59,165 bases of DNA from a virus. Shown piece by piece: positions 50,350 through 58,785 of this stretch. The translations under genes were made by a program, and so were the position numbers. The first letter of the stretch is position 1. The number at the start of each line of letters is the position of its first letter. The DNA lies in IMG/VR virus record IMGVR_UViG_3300046838_000032, positions 1 through 59,165 of that record, one strand, 5' to 3'. The notes below the pieces were generated by a model, which did no database searches, was not told the origin of the DNA, and saw only the letters and a program-made list of their open reading frames with translations.

Positions 50350-50709
50350 ATGACCGCAACCGCACTAACAGTCACAACCACGGCTGCGGCAGGCACGGTT
50401 CTACCGGCTCAAGCCGCAGTCGATAATAGCAATGGAAACACGTTCACGAACACGGGGCGTGAAGCGCTCATCGTTACGAACGTTAGCGGTGGTGTACTAA
50501 CCGTAACGATCACGACTAACGGGGTGTATGCCGTGGGCGCGGTCAACTATGCGGTCGCTGATCTGGCCGTGAATGTGGCGAACAACGCGTCCAAGATCAT
50601 CGGACCGTTCGATAAGACGCTGTTCAACGATGGAAGCGCCAACGTTGACATTGCATGGTCGACCGGCACGAACGTGACATGCAGGGTCATCTCGCTCGGG
50701 ACCGCCTGA
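50350..50709 (+). CDS. 119-aa virion-module protein, paralog B
   Basis: Tandem copy. It shares the upstream AGATAGAGAGGAACATCC with paralog A. Confidence 0.65.
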   Translation: MTATALTVTTTAAAGTVLPAQAAVDNSNGNTFTNTGREALIVTNVSGGVLTVTITTNGVYAVGAVNYAVADLAVNVANNASKIIGPFDKTLFNDGSANVDIAWSTGTNVTCRVISLGTA

Positions 50710-50716
50710 CGCTCGC

Positions 50717-51154
50717 ATGACAGTCAAGGTCACGCTCGTATCGCAGATACCTGCGCTCGTGTCGAGTGTTCAGTCGAAGGCGACCGACAACGTCGCATCG
50801 GCTGGCAAGTTCTGTCAGAACTACGCGCAGCTCGTCGCGCCCAAGCGGACCGGCGCGCTAGCCGCGTCGGTTTATGTGAGCGGTCCTGGCGAAAACACGA
50901 CGTATCCGCAGTCCGAGACGGAAGCCATCGACCGGAACCCATTGATCCGTGAAGTCGTCGGTGAGATCCGACCCCAGGACATCGACGACAAGTCCGGGCC
51001 ACAACACCCAGTCGCAGTCATCGCACCAGCCGCGCCGTACAGCATTTTCCTCGAGGACGGGACGCGGTACATGGCGCCGCAGCCGTTCATGCGTCCTGCC
51101 GCAGAACAGACCCGGAACCAGTTCCTCGGGCTCATGGTGAATATTTTCGGGTGA
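50717..51154 (+). CDS. HK97 gp10-like tail component
   Basis: PYSIFLEDGTRYMAPQPFMRPA. Confidence 0.65.
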   Translation: MTVKVTLVSQIPALVSSVQSKATDNVASAGKFCQNYAQLVAPKRTGALAASVYVSGPGENTTYPQSETEAIDRNPLIREVVGEIRPQDIDDKSGPQHPVAVIAPAAPYSIFLEDGTRYMAPQPFMRPAAEQTRNQFLGLMVNIFG

Positions 51155-51585
51155 GTGGCGACCTCGCGCGCGTCGATCGCTGGCTCTACGGCGTGCTCTC
51201 CAACGATCTCCAAATTCAAGGGCAGGTTGCTGGTCGGATCTACTCCGACGAGGCACCTCAGAACGCGCCGGTCCCGATGCTCATCTTTGCGTTTCTGGGA
51301 GGATCAGATCGCCTGCTCGCTCTTCGCGGCCGGCTCTCAAGCGTTCTCTATCTCGTGCGTGCTGTCGATGAGGGCTCGTCCTATAACAGCGTGATCCCGG
51401 TGGCGGATCGGATCGACGAGATCCTGACCACGGCCATCCCTACATTCGGGACCATCCTTGACGATACGCGTATCACGAGTTGCTATCGCGAGCAACCGCA
51501 CCAGCGCAAGGACTCCCAGTTCGGTGTTCCGACCGTGTACCTCGGCGGGTACTACCGCATCGGGTTCCAGCCGGCCAGTCAATGA
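51151..51585 (+). CDS. Tail completion protein (DUF3168-like)
   Basis: LYGVLSNDLQIQGQVAGRIYSDEAPQNAPVPMLIF. Confidence 0.5.
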   Translation: MSGDLARVDRWLYGVLSNDLQIQGQVAGRIYSDEAPQNAPVPMLIFAFLGGSDRLLALRGRLSSVLYLVRAVDEGSSYNSVIPVADRIDEILTTAIPTFGTILDDTRITSCYREQPHQRKDSQFGVPTVYLGGYYRIGFQPASQ

Positions 51586-51848
51586 GTCCACGAGATAAAG
51601 AGCGAGACTTCTGGATCGAGGTGCGACGCGGCATCCTGACGTTGACCTCTGCTGTCGATGATCAGTCGCCGTACCCGCGCGATTTCTGGCTAGAGATCAA
51701 GCGTGGGTTATTGAAGATTTCTCGGGCAGTGGAATATCGATACGGGCTGCCCATTCATAGCAGAGCAACGCTTGGTGTTCCGATCCAAGCCCCCGAGCCG
51801 CCGGCTACGCCGCTCGCTCGATCCTCACCAGAAGGAAGGATTGAGTAG
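51582..51848 (+). CDS. Hypothetical protein with an internal duplication
   Basis: ATG 51582 overlaps the previous stop. DFWIEVRRGILTLTSAVD is repeated as DFWLEIKRGLLKISRAVE. Confidence 0.4.
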   Translation: MSPRDKERDFWIEVRRGILTLTSAVDDQSPYPRDFWLEIKRGLLKISRAVEYRYGLPIHSRATLGVPIQAPEPPATPLARSSPEGRIE

Positions 51849-51850
51849 CT

Positions 51851-52240
51851 GTGGCTTTCAATAGTGGCAACATTGCAACGGTTACCGTCGGCGGTAGCGA
51901 TATCAGCCAGTACACCACTTCGGTGTCACTGGATGTGACGCGCGATATCAAGGACATCAAGCCCATCGGTGGAGCGGCCGTCTCCAAGGTCGTCGGTCCC
52001 TACGCAGGCACCGTGAGCCTTGAAGGTGGATACGATCCCGCGCTCGACAACGTCCTGGCGCCGCTCATGCTGGCGACAACGCCGGCGGCCCAGGCCTTCG
52101 TCTATAAACCTGCGGGCGCATCCGGCACCACGTTCAGCGGGACCGGCTACATCGCCTCCTACAGGGTCGATGCGCCAGGCGACGACACGGCGAAGTGGAA
52201 GTCAGAGATTGCCGTCATCGGAACTATCACCCACGCGTAA
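51851..52240 (+). CDS. Major tail (tube) protein
   Basis: 129 aa. Its position before the chaperone and tape measure supports the call, as does GSDISQYTTSVSLDVTRD...YKPAG...GTGYIASY. Confidence 0.62.
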   Translation: MAFNSGNIATVTVGGSDISQYTTSVSLDVTRDIKDIKPIGGAAVSKVVGPYAGTVSLEGGYDPALDNVLAPLMLATTPAAQAFVYKPAGASGTTFSGTGYIASYRVDAPGDDTAKWKSEIAVIGTITHA

Positions 52241-52277
52241 CTAGTCTCCATACACACCATCTCCCCGAGGAGGGCGC

Positions 52278-52745
52278 ATGGCATTCTCAACCGATCCACC
52301 GCACATCCTGAGCGCAGACGAGATCTTCGCTGCCAAGGATATCGAAGAGCGCACCGTCGATGTCCCGCAGTGGGGCGGCGCCGTTCGCATCCGTACATTC
52401 AGCAAGCGTCAGGCTACGGATATGTCGAAGCGCGCAACGGTCAAGGATCGGCACACCGGCAAAGAGTCGGTTGATAACGACAGGCTCGAAGCGCTGCTCT
52501 TCGCCGAGGGCATCATCGAACCGAAGTTCACGGTCGATGACTACGAGCAGTTGCAGGAAAAGTCAGCGGTCGCGATTAGCGTGATTCTGCGCGCGATCAT
52601 GGATGCGTCAGGGTTGTCGGAGGCGGCGACGACCGAAGCCATCAAAAGTGCTTCGGAACAACCCGACGATCAGGTTCGAGTTTCATCTGGCGCGCGAGCT
52701 CAAGATGACACGGGCGGAACTCTTGCAACGGATGTCGGCCTCTGA
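52278..52745 (+). CDS. Tail assembly chaperone (G-like)
   Basis: 155 aa with an acidic C-terminus, located immediately upstream of the tape measure. Confidence 0.6.
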   Translation: MAFSTDPPHILSADEIFAAKDIEERTVDVPQWGGAVRIRTFSKRQATDMSKRATVKDRHTGKESVDNDRLEALLFAEGIIEPKFTVDDYEQLQEKSAVAISVILRAIMDASGLSEAATTEAIKSASEQPDDQVRVSSGARAQDDTGGTLATDVGL

Positions 52746-52863
52746 GTTTGCCTACTGGATGGCACTCTACGAACTCGAGTACCGCGAACGCGAGACGGCC
52801 CAGAAAGATGCTGAGGCGAAGGCGCGCGCGCAGCGCATGGCTCAGGGGCTCAGGCGCTTCTAG
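52645..52863 (+). CDS. T-like extension of the tail chaperone, reached by a +1 shift (or an independent start at ATG 52705)
   Basis: The overlapping +1-frame ORF encodes LARELKMTRAELLQRMSASEFAYWMALYELE, a DUF4035-like chaperone tail. An A4 run lies at 52644-52647. Confidence 0.4.
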   Translation, partial: KVLRNNPTIRFEFHLARELKMTRAELLQRMSASEFAYWMALYELEYRERETAQKDAEAKARAQRMAQGLRRF

Positions 52864-53027
52864 GGAATGAGCCATCGAACGAGAACCCCGAGTGCCACCA
52901 AGAGGTTGACGACGGCAAGCCCCAGCCGGCCAAGGGACGGGGCGAACTCTCGGTCAATGATGGATAGCGCAACAACGACGAACACGATGATGCCCAGGAC
53001 GACCAGCCAGCGGTTCACGCCGGCCAC
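52860..53027 (-). CDS. Possible 55-aa two-TM protein antisense between the chaperone and tape-measure genes
   Basis: GTG 53027. The sequence VAGVNRWLVVLGIIVFVVVALSII...LGLAVVNLLVALGVLVRWLIP occupies the otherwise noncoding 210-nt gap. No clear RBS. Confidence 0.3.
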   Translation of the reverse strand: MAGVNRWLVVLGIIVFVVVALSIIDREFAPSLGRLGLAVVNLLVALGVLVRWLIP

Positions 53028-53073
53028 TTTACAACGGTTAGGTAACAGCAGGTTGAAGGGAGGTTGAGTTCCA

Positions 53074-55761
53074 ATGGCGACGCCAATTGCTGAACTCTTC
53101 GTCTCGGTCAGTGCTGACGTTACCGGCGCCGTCACTGGGCTCAACGGACTTAATAACCAACTCGGCACGACCTCGAATGCCTTCAAGCAGGCCGCGCCGG
53201 CTGCATTGCTGTTCGAGGGCGCCGCGGCTGGGGTGTTCGGCGTAGTCGCCTCAGCGGTAAACACTGCGGCCGACTTCGAACAGAGCATGGCGAACATTCG
53301 TGCTGTCATGTCGCCAGTCGAAGCCCAGACATTCGGCGCCGCGATCTCCGATCTAGCTGTGCGGCTCGGTCGCGACACCGTATTCTCGGCAACGCAGGCA
53401 GCCAGCGGTATCGAAGAACTGATCAAGGCGGGCATCCCTGCTGCCGACGTGATCAACGGTGCCGCCGATGCTGCGGTCAACCTGGCTGGAGCAACAGGTA
53501 TTCAAGTCGCTGACGCTGCGGCCATTGCGGCTCAGGCGATGAATGCGTTCGGCGTTCAGGCTAGCGACATGACGAAGACGGCCGATGTTCTGACTGGCGT
53601 GGTCAATGCCACGGCAGCAAGCATGTCCGATCTGAGGTTTGGCCTTCAGATTGTTGGGCCGACAGCTCACTCGCTTGGTTTGGATATCAATAGCACGTCT
53701 GAGGCAATCGGCCTGCTGACCAACGCTGGCGAGACAGGCGCGACGGCAGGCACCGGCTTACGGCAGATGTTGCTTGAGTTAACGCCGACGACCAAGCCAG
53801 CTCGCGAGGAGATGAAGAAACTTGGACTGGTCACTGCCGATGGCAAGAACCAGTTCTTCGACGCGACTGGCAAGATCAAAGACTTCGCGGCAATCTCTCA
53901 GATCTTGCAGAACGCACTCCGGGGCATGAGCGCCGAACAGCGCACGGCCGCCCTCAACACGCTCTTCACTCGCGATGCGATCAACTCGGCGTCAATCCTC
54001 GCAGGGCAAGGCGCGGCAGGCTTCAACAAACTCATCGCGGCTATGGCAGGCATCACGGCTGCGGGTACGGCTCAGGAACGGCTCAACACCTTACGCGGTT
54101 CGCTGACGGACCTCTCGGGCTCATTGGAAGCGGCGAGTATTCTGATCGGCGGTTCGTTTCTTGCGCCGTTGCGGTTCCTCGCAGACACCGTTAAGTCCGC
54201 GGTCAACGCATTCTCTAACCTGAACCCGACTGTTCGCGAGGGCATCGTTATGTTCGCGTTGATCAGCGCTGCCGTGCTGGCCGCGATCGGCGCGTTCATC
54301 CTGTTCGCCCCGTCGATTGCGGCACTCGGCCCAGCGCTCGCTGCGGTTGGTGGTGTTCTGGCTGCGTTTCTCCCAGTCTTCGCGCTGGTCGCTGCTGGTG
54401 TGCTGATCCTCAGGAACGCTTGGGATAAGAACTTCGAGGACATTCAGGGGAAGGCCGACAACTTCTCGAATATCGGTGACATCATCCAGGCTGCGTTTTC
54501 TGGCAACGTCGGCGATGCGATCGGCGCCTTCATCGAGGATATCAAGAAGATCTCTCCCGAGGTGCGCAGTACCTTCGACGCGATCAGCCTGACGATTGAT
54601 CGTGTCGTGTCGACGATCCAGCCAGTTCTGATAATCCTGAGTTCAGCGCTGTCGGAAGCCTTCTCGGGTAACTTCGGTGGCGCGCTCGACATTCTTCAGG
54701 GGTTGGTCGGAACCTTTAGCGCTCAACTCGGAGGATTGGTCGGCACCGCGCGCGAGGTAGCATCAGCACTAGGCGGCACGCTAGGGGCAGCGTTCGCCGC
54801 GGTCGGCGGGTTCCTGAACGAGAATGCTCCGAAGATCGCTAATCTTGCTCAGTCGATATTCCCTCAACTCGCCGACAAGGCGGGCGAGATTGCCAGTACG
54901 CTGCGGGAGGGCTTCCTCCAGGGTCTACAGAACGCTCAAGCGTTCATGGATGGTCCGCTGACCGCTGCGTTCAATACGCTCGTCGGCTTCATCCAGGATC
55001 CCTTACTTCCTCGGCTCGGAGAACTAAAGCAGGCGCTCACCGTCATAGCGGTCCCGGCGGCCATCGACTTCTTCGGGAGCATCGGCAATACGCTCGCCAA
55101 TCTGAACACGTCGGTTCAGAACTCAGATCAGATCCATACCTTTCTCCAGAATCTCGGCGGCGAACTCTCGTCGTTCGGGACGCAGGTATCCTCGCTCGAG
55201 CCGTTGTTCCAATCGCTCGGCAACTTCTTTGTGGCACTCGGCAACCTCAGTACCGCGTTGTTGAACATCCAGACTGCGGTAGCCGCGAACGTGTTCACTG
55301 CCTTGGGTAACGACATCAAGGCGTTTGCTGACGTTGCCGGACCCGCGGCTCCGGCGGCTGCGGCTGTCGGGACGGCTGTGGAAACAATCGGGCAGCAACT
55401 CTCAGGTGTCACCGGCTTCTTCAATTCTGCTGCCGACGCTATCAATGCTCTGGCGAATGCAATCAACAATTTCTCGAAGCTGCCAACCATCAATCTCCCT
55501 GGCGGTTTGAATGTCAATAACCCAGCGTTCGTCCCGGATCAGGGCAACGGAGCGCAAACGTTCAAATCGGCCTTCATCCCCGGCGGCCAAGATCAAGGGG
55601 CCGGCGTCGTGCTGAACTTCAATGCGCCGGTGAGTCTCAATGGCACCGGCGACCTCGCGGACTTTGGTCAGGTGATCGCCGATGCGATCTTCGGAGCTGC
55701 GAAGCGTGTGGCGCCGCCGGTCGACAACTCGGCGCATCCAGCGCTGGCGGCTAACGGATGA
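53074..55761 (+). CDS. Tail tape measure protein
   Basis: 895 aa, Ala/Gly-rich with hydrophobic central segments. The N-terminal core has SATQAASGIEELIKAGI. RBS is GGGAGG. Confidence 0.85.
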   Translation: MATPIAELFVSVSADVTGAVTGLNGLNNQLGTTSNAFKQAAPAALLFEGAAAGVFGVVASAVNTAADFEQSMANIRAVMSPVEAQTFGAAISDLAVRLGRDTVFSATQAASGIEELIKAGIPAADVINGAADAAVNLAGATGIQVADAAAIAAQAMNAFGVQASDMTKTADVLTGVVNATAASMSDLRFGLQIVGPTAHSLGLDINSTSEAIGLLTNAGETGATAGTGLRQMLLELTPTTKPAREEMKKLGLVTADGKNQFFDATGKIKDFAAISQILQNALRGMSAEQRTAALNTLFTRDAINSASILAGQGAAGFNKLIAAMAGITAAGTAQERLNTLRGSLTDLSGSLEAASILIGGSFLAPLRFLADTVKSAVNAFSNLNPTVREGIVMFALISAAVLAAIGAFILFAPSIAALGPALAAVGGVLAAFLPVFALVAAGVLILRNAWDKNFEDIQGKADNFSNIGDIIQAAFSGNVGDAIGAFIEDIKKISPEVRSTFDAISLTIDRVVSTIQPVLIILSSALSEAFSGNFGGALDILQGLVGTFSAQLGGLVGTAREVASALGGTLGAAFAAVGGFLNENAPKIANLAQSIFPQLADKAGEIASTLREGFLQGLQNAQAFMDGPLTAAFNTLVGFIQDPLLPRLGELKQALTVIAVPAAIDFFGSIGNTLANLNTSVQNSDQIHTFLQNLGGELSSFGTQVSSLEPLFQSLGNFFVALGNLSTALLNIQTAVAANVFTALGNDIKAFADVAGPAAPAAAAVGTAVETIGQQLSGVTGFFNSAADAINALANAINNFSKLPTINLPGGLNVNNPAFVPDQGNGAQTFKSAFIPGGQDQGAGVVLNFNAPVSLNGTGDLADFGQVIADAIFGAAKRVAPPVDNSAHPALAANG

Positions 55762-56084
55762 GTGACTTCGCTGGCGTAGTCTTCGAGGCAACCGAGGAAG
55801 GCTGGCAAGAGACGGCCACCTCGCAGGTTAGCGCGCGCGGATTCCCTGGCGGCGATACGGTCGCGATAAGCCTCGGCGGCCAGCGGGAGGTTACGCGCAC
55901 GGTCACGCTGTACTTCACGAGCCGTGGCGACTGGATCACCTTTGTCACGAACCGCGGCAACAGTGGCGGCACGCTCACCATCGATAACTGGGATAGCGTC
56001 GATGCCGTGCTCAAAGAGGCGAGCGCTGATCCGCCGCTGCCGGACGGCCGCATTCGCGCGAAGGCAACCTTTATCCTCCTATGA
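55758..56084 (+). CDS. Small distal tail protein
   Basis: 108 aa. The ATG overlaps the tape-measure stop. Confidence 0.5.
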   Translation: MSDFAGVVFEATEEGWQETATSQVSARGFPGGDTVAISLGGQREVTRTVTLYFTSRGDWITFVTNRGNSGGTLTIDNWDSVDAVLKEASADPPLPDGRIRAKATFILL

Positions 56085-57118
56085 GTCCTGTCGTCACCAA
56101 CCTCTACGTTCCGTTCGTTGATGCCTCAGTCGGTGGCGGCCAGATCGCGGGCGCGCGCGTCGAGACATCGTTCTCTGACCCGGTGTCGAAGGGCTACGTG
56201 AAGTTCTACGCCGATCCTGGCGGCTGGTCAGTCGGCGACGACATCTCCATCAGCATCGGTGCCGGCTCTCACAACGTGCAGTGCTTTCAGGGCACGATCA
56301 TGGAAGGTGATTACCTGAACTCGGGCCCGACGTTCGAGATTGTCGCGCGGGGCCCGCTCATCGCAGCTCAGAAGTTCAGGAACAACCAGCCGAAGGGCTA
56401 CACCATCACTGACCTTTGTGGTGGGCCCGCGACAGATAACGCAATCGTTGCAGCCGTACTCGACATCGCAGGCGTCGGCAACATCGGAAGCATCGGCGGT
56501 ACGGGCATTGTCCGCGGCGCCTCGGCCCCGCCGGCGTACACCTGGAACAAGGGCGAGTCGGCTCTCGAGTACCTCCAGCGATTGAGTAAGGCGTGCATTG
56601 GCTACAAGATCATCGAGAGCACCGACACGCGGGTGTACTGGACTCAGGTACTCACCGGCGGCGCGAGCGGCGCGGACATGGCGCTTACGGAAGGTGTCGA
56701 TATCTTCGAGGGCGCACATACCCAGATCGAGATCTTCGACCGCTATACAGCCTGGGACGTGACGGGGTTTGATTACGGTGACGGGCTCGGCCCGGTGTAC
56801 AACCGTGAGCCCGACCCTATCCCGAATGGCTCAACCGCCTACGCCTTCTCGAGCACGATGATCGAGCGCACCACGGACTCAGATCCGCGACTCGGTATCT
56901 CGTGTGAGACGGTCAAGAACTACCTGAAAGGTGAGACATCGTCGCCGATCACGAAGGTTAGTGGCTTGCAGACGCCGCGAGATGACCTCGTCGGGCCCGG
57001 ATCGGTGGTCAGCGTAGATTCGGATCTACTCGGTGTGCACGGCGATTTCTGGGTGATCTCCTGTACCCGCGAAGTTACCCAGGACTGGTTCATTCAAACG
57101 CTGGAACTCGCAGGCTGA
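56081..57118 (+). CDS. Tail tip/hub protein (gpD-like?)
   Basis: 345 aa, located after the tape measure. The layout FQGTIMEGDY...FEIVARGPL...GESALEYLQRLSK resembles late-control-D/hub proteins. Confidence 0.45.
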   Translation: MSPVVTNLYVPFVDASVGGGQIAGARVETSFSDPVSKGYVKFYADPGGWSVGDDISISIGAGSHNVQCFQGTIMEGDYLNSGPTFEIVARGPLIAAQKFRNNQPKGYTITDLCGGPATDNAIVAAVLDIAGVGNIGSIGGTGIVRGASAPPAYTWNKGESALEYLQRLSKACIGYKIIESTDTRVYWTQVLTGGASGADMALTEGVDIFEGAHTQIEIFDRYTAWDVTGFDYGDGLGPVYNREPDPIPNGSTAYAFSSTMIERTTDSDPRLGISCETVKNYLKGETSSPITKVSGLQTPRDDLVGPGSVVSVDSDLLGVHGDFWVISCTREVTQDWFIQTLELAG

Positions 57119-57741
57119 TGGCTGCAACTGCTGGGCCGAGCCGATCGCCGATTGCTGATCCAACGCAGAACGTTGCTACGACGCGGCCGCCGGTCAACAT
57201 CGATGCGACGCTCGATAGCGCGTTCAATCTGCTGCTCCAGAAGTCGCTTCAGGCTGAGCAGGAAACAGTCGTTAGGCCGGCGAACATCGTGTTTCCGTGG
57301 ACTGGCGGCGGCCAGCCGTTGACCGTTACGACGATGGACCCGATTCTTGCCGAGATCCCATTCCCCGGAAGTTTAGTCTGGGTTCATATGTGGGCCGGCG
57401 ACTCAAATGGGCTTCCGGTCCCAGTCACCGCAACGTTTGAACTACAGGTGACGAACCTTGCCTCATTCGGGGCATCACTTCCTCTCTACGGCACCGGCAC
57501 GGCTCCGTTGATGGATAACGTGTTCGCTTCCGACCTCGACCTAACCGATTGGAATATGAACCTGGCTACGGGAGACACGATCATCGCCTACCCTCTCACG
57601 TTCACCGGAACTGCCACGTGGTTGTCCATCACAATGCAGTTCCGCCCCAGCGAACAGGCGATTGGCGTGTCAGCTATGACTGATAATGCAGGGAACCCAA
57701 TGACGTTTACCGACGGAAGCCCAGTGGAGACACGCTCGTGA
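57118..57741 (+). CDS. Hypothetical tail protein
   Basis: 207 aa. The ATG overlaps the previous stop. Confidence 0.5.
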   Translation: MAATAGPSRSPIADPTQNVATTRPPVNIDATLDSAFNLLLQKSLQAEQETVVRPANIVFPWTGGGQPLTVTTMDPILAEIPFPGSLVWVHMWAGDSNGLPVPVTATFELQVTNLASFGASLPLYGTGTAPLMDNVFASDLDLTDWNMNLATGDTIIAYPLTFTGTATWLSITMQFRPSEQAIGVSAMTDNAGNPMTFTDGSPVETRS

Positions 57742-58775
57742 CATCTCATAAACTGGCTCAGGGCCTTGAGTTGCACGAGGATAAGCGCATCAAGGCTCCC
57801 GTCAGGGCAGTTGCGACGAGCAACATATCGATATCGTCACCGGGAGCAACCATCGATGGCGTATCGCTCGTAACGGGAGATCGTGTCCTTGTAACCGCTC
57901 AGACATTGTCCTCCCAAAACGGGATTTACACGTTCGTGGGTTCGGCCTCTACGATGTCTCGTGCGTCGGACTGCTCGAGTTCTACAGACTTCGTCCACGG
58001 CTTCAAGGTATACGTTCGGGAAGGGACATCCTTCAGTGCGACGTACTGGACGTATACACAGTCATCGACAATAACCGTTGGTTCGACGGCGATCACGTTT
58101 GCTCAAGATAGTCTTTCGTTAGGCACACAGTCAGCGAACCGAGTTTATGCCGGACCGTCAACCGGAAGCGCGGCACCCCCAGCGTTTCGTGCGCTGGTCA
58201 ACGCGGATCTACCATCATCTCCGACAGTTACCGGGGAGATCGCTTCGGCCGACTTCAAAGTCAATGGATTGACAGGCGCGACACAGGGAACGCGCCTCGT
58301 CGGCGCGACGATTAGCGGTTCGCCGGTCTCGGGTACGTTCGCGGTCGGCGATGTCGTGATCGACCTCACTGGCAAAATCTGGGTATGTACGGGTGCCGGC
58401 TCTCCTGGGACATGGGTACAGGCTGGCGGCGGGATGTCCAATCCCATGACCACGAACCAAGACGTTATCGTCGGTGGCGCAAGCGGGACACCTGGACGAC
58501 TAGCGGTTGGTGCTAACGGTCAGGTACTCGGTGTTGCGAGTGGTGTTATTGGCTGGATCAATAATCCGGCAGGGTTCAGCAGTCCAATGACGACTGCCGG
58601 AGACCTGATCTATGGAGGTTCATCCGGCACGCCGCAACGGTTGGCTAGTGGTGCGAACGGCCAGGTATTGACGATCGTTGCCGGATCACCGGGATGGGCC
58701 AATCCGACAGGTAGCGGCGGCAGTGTGACGAATAACGTGGCGAGCGCACTTGTGCTCGCCCGATCCTGTCTCTAA
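57738..58775 (+). CDS. Tail fibre protein
   Basis: The duplicated motif GG(A/S)SGTP.RLA.GANGQVL......G.(I)GW.NP is common in phage fibres. Confidence 0.65.
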   Translation: MTSHKLAQGLELHEDKRIKAPVRAVATSNISISSPGATIDGVSLVTGDRVLVTAQTLSSQNGIYTFVGSASTMSRASDCSSSTDFVHGFKVYVREGTSFSATYWTYTQSSTITVGSTAITFAQDSLSLGTQSANRVYAGPSTGSAAPPAFRALVNADLPSSPTVTGEIASADFKVNGLTGATQGTRLVGATISGSPVSGTFAVGDVVIDLTGKIWVCTGAGSPGTWVQAGGGMSNPMTTNQDVIVGGASGTPGRLAVGANGQVLGVASGVIGWINNPAGFSSPMTTAGDLIYGGSSGTPQRLASGANGQVLTIVAGSPGWANPTGSGGSVTNNVASALVLARSCL

Positions 58776-58785
58776 GGGATAGTCG

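Noticed and set aside
52860-53480. The 206-aa minus-strand ORF overlapping the tape-measure 5' end.
   Set aside because: The upstream 150 codons are antisense to a well-supported tape-measure gene. Only the last 55 codons, which lie in the intergenic gap, were kept, and only as a low-confidence candidate.
9794-57738. A diversity-generating retroelement or retron might act on the fibre genes, given the many repeat-containing receptor-binding-like proteins.
   Set aside because: No reverse-transcriptase-like ORF (no YxDD-containing candidate) was seen in any frame, and no template/variable repeat pair with adenine-specific differences was noticed.
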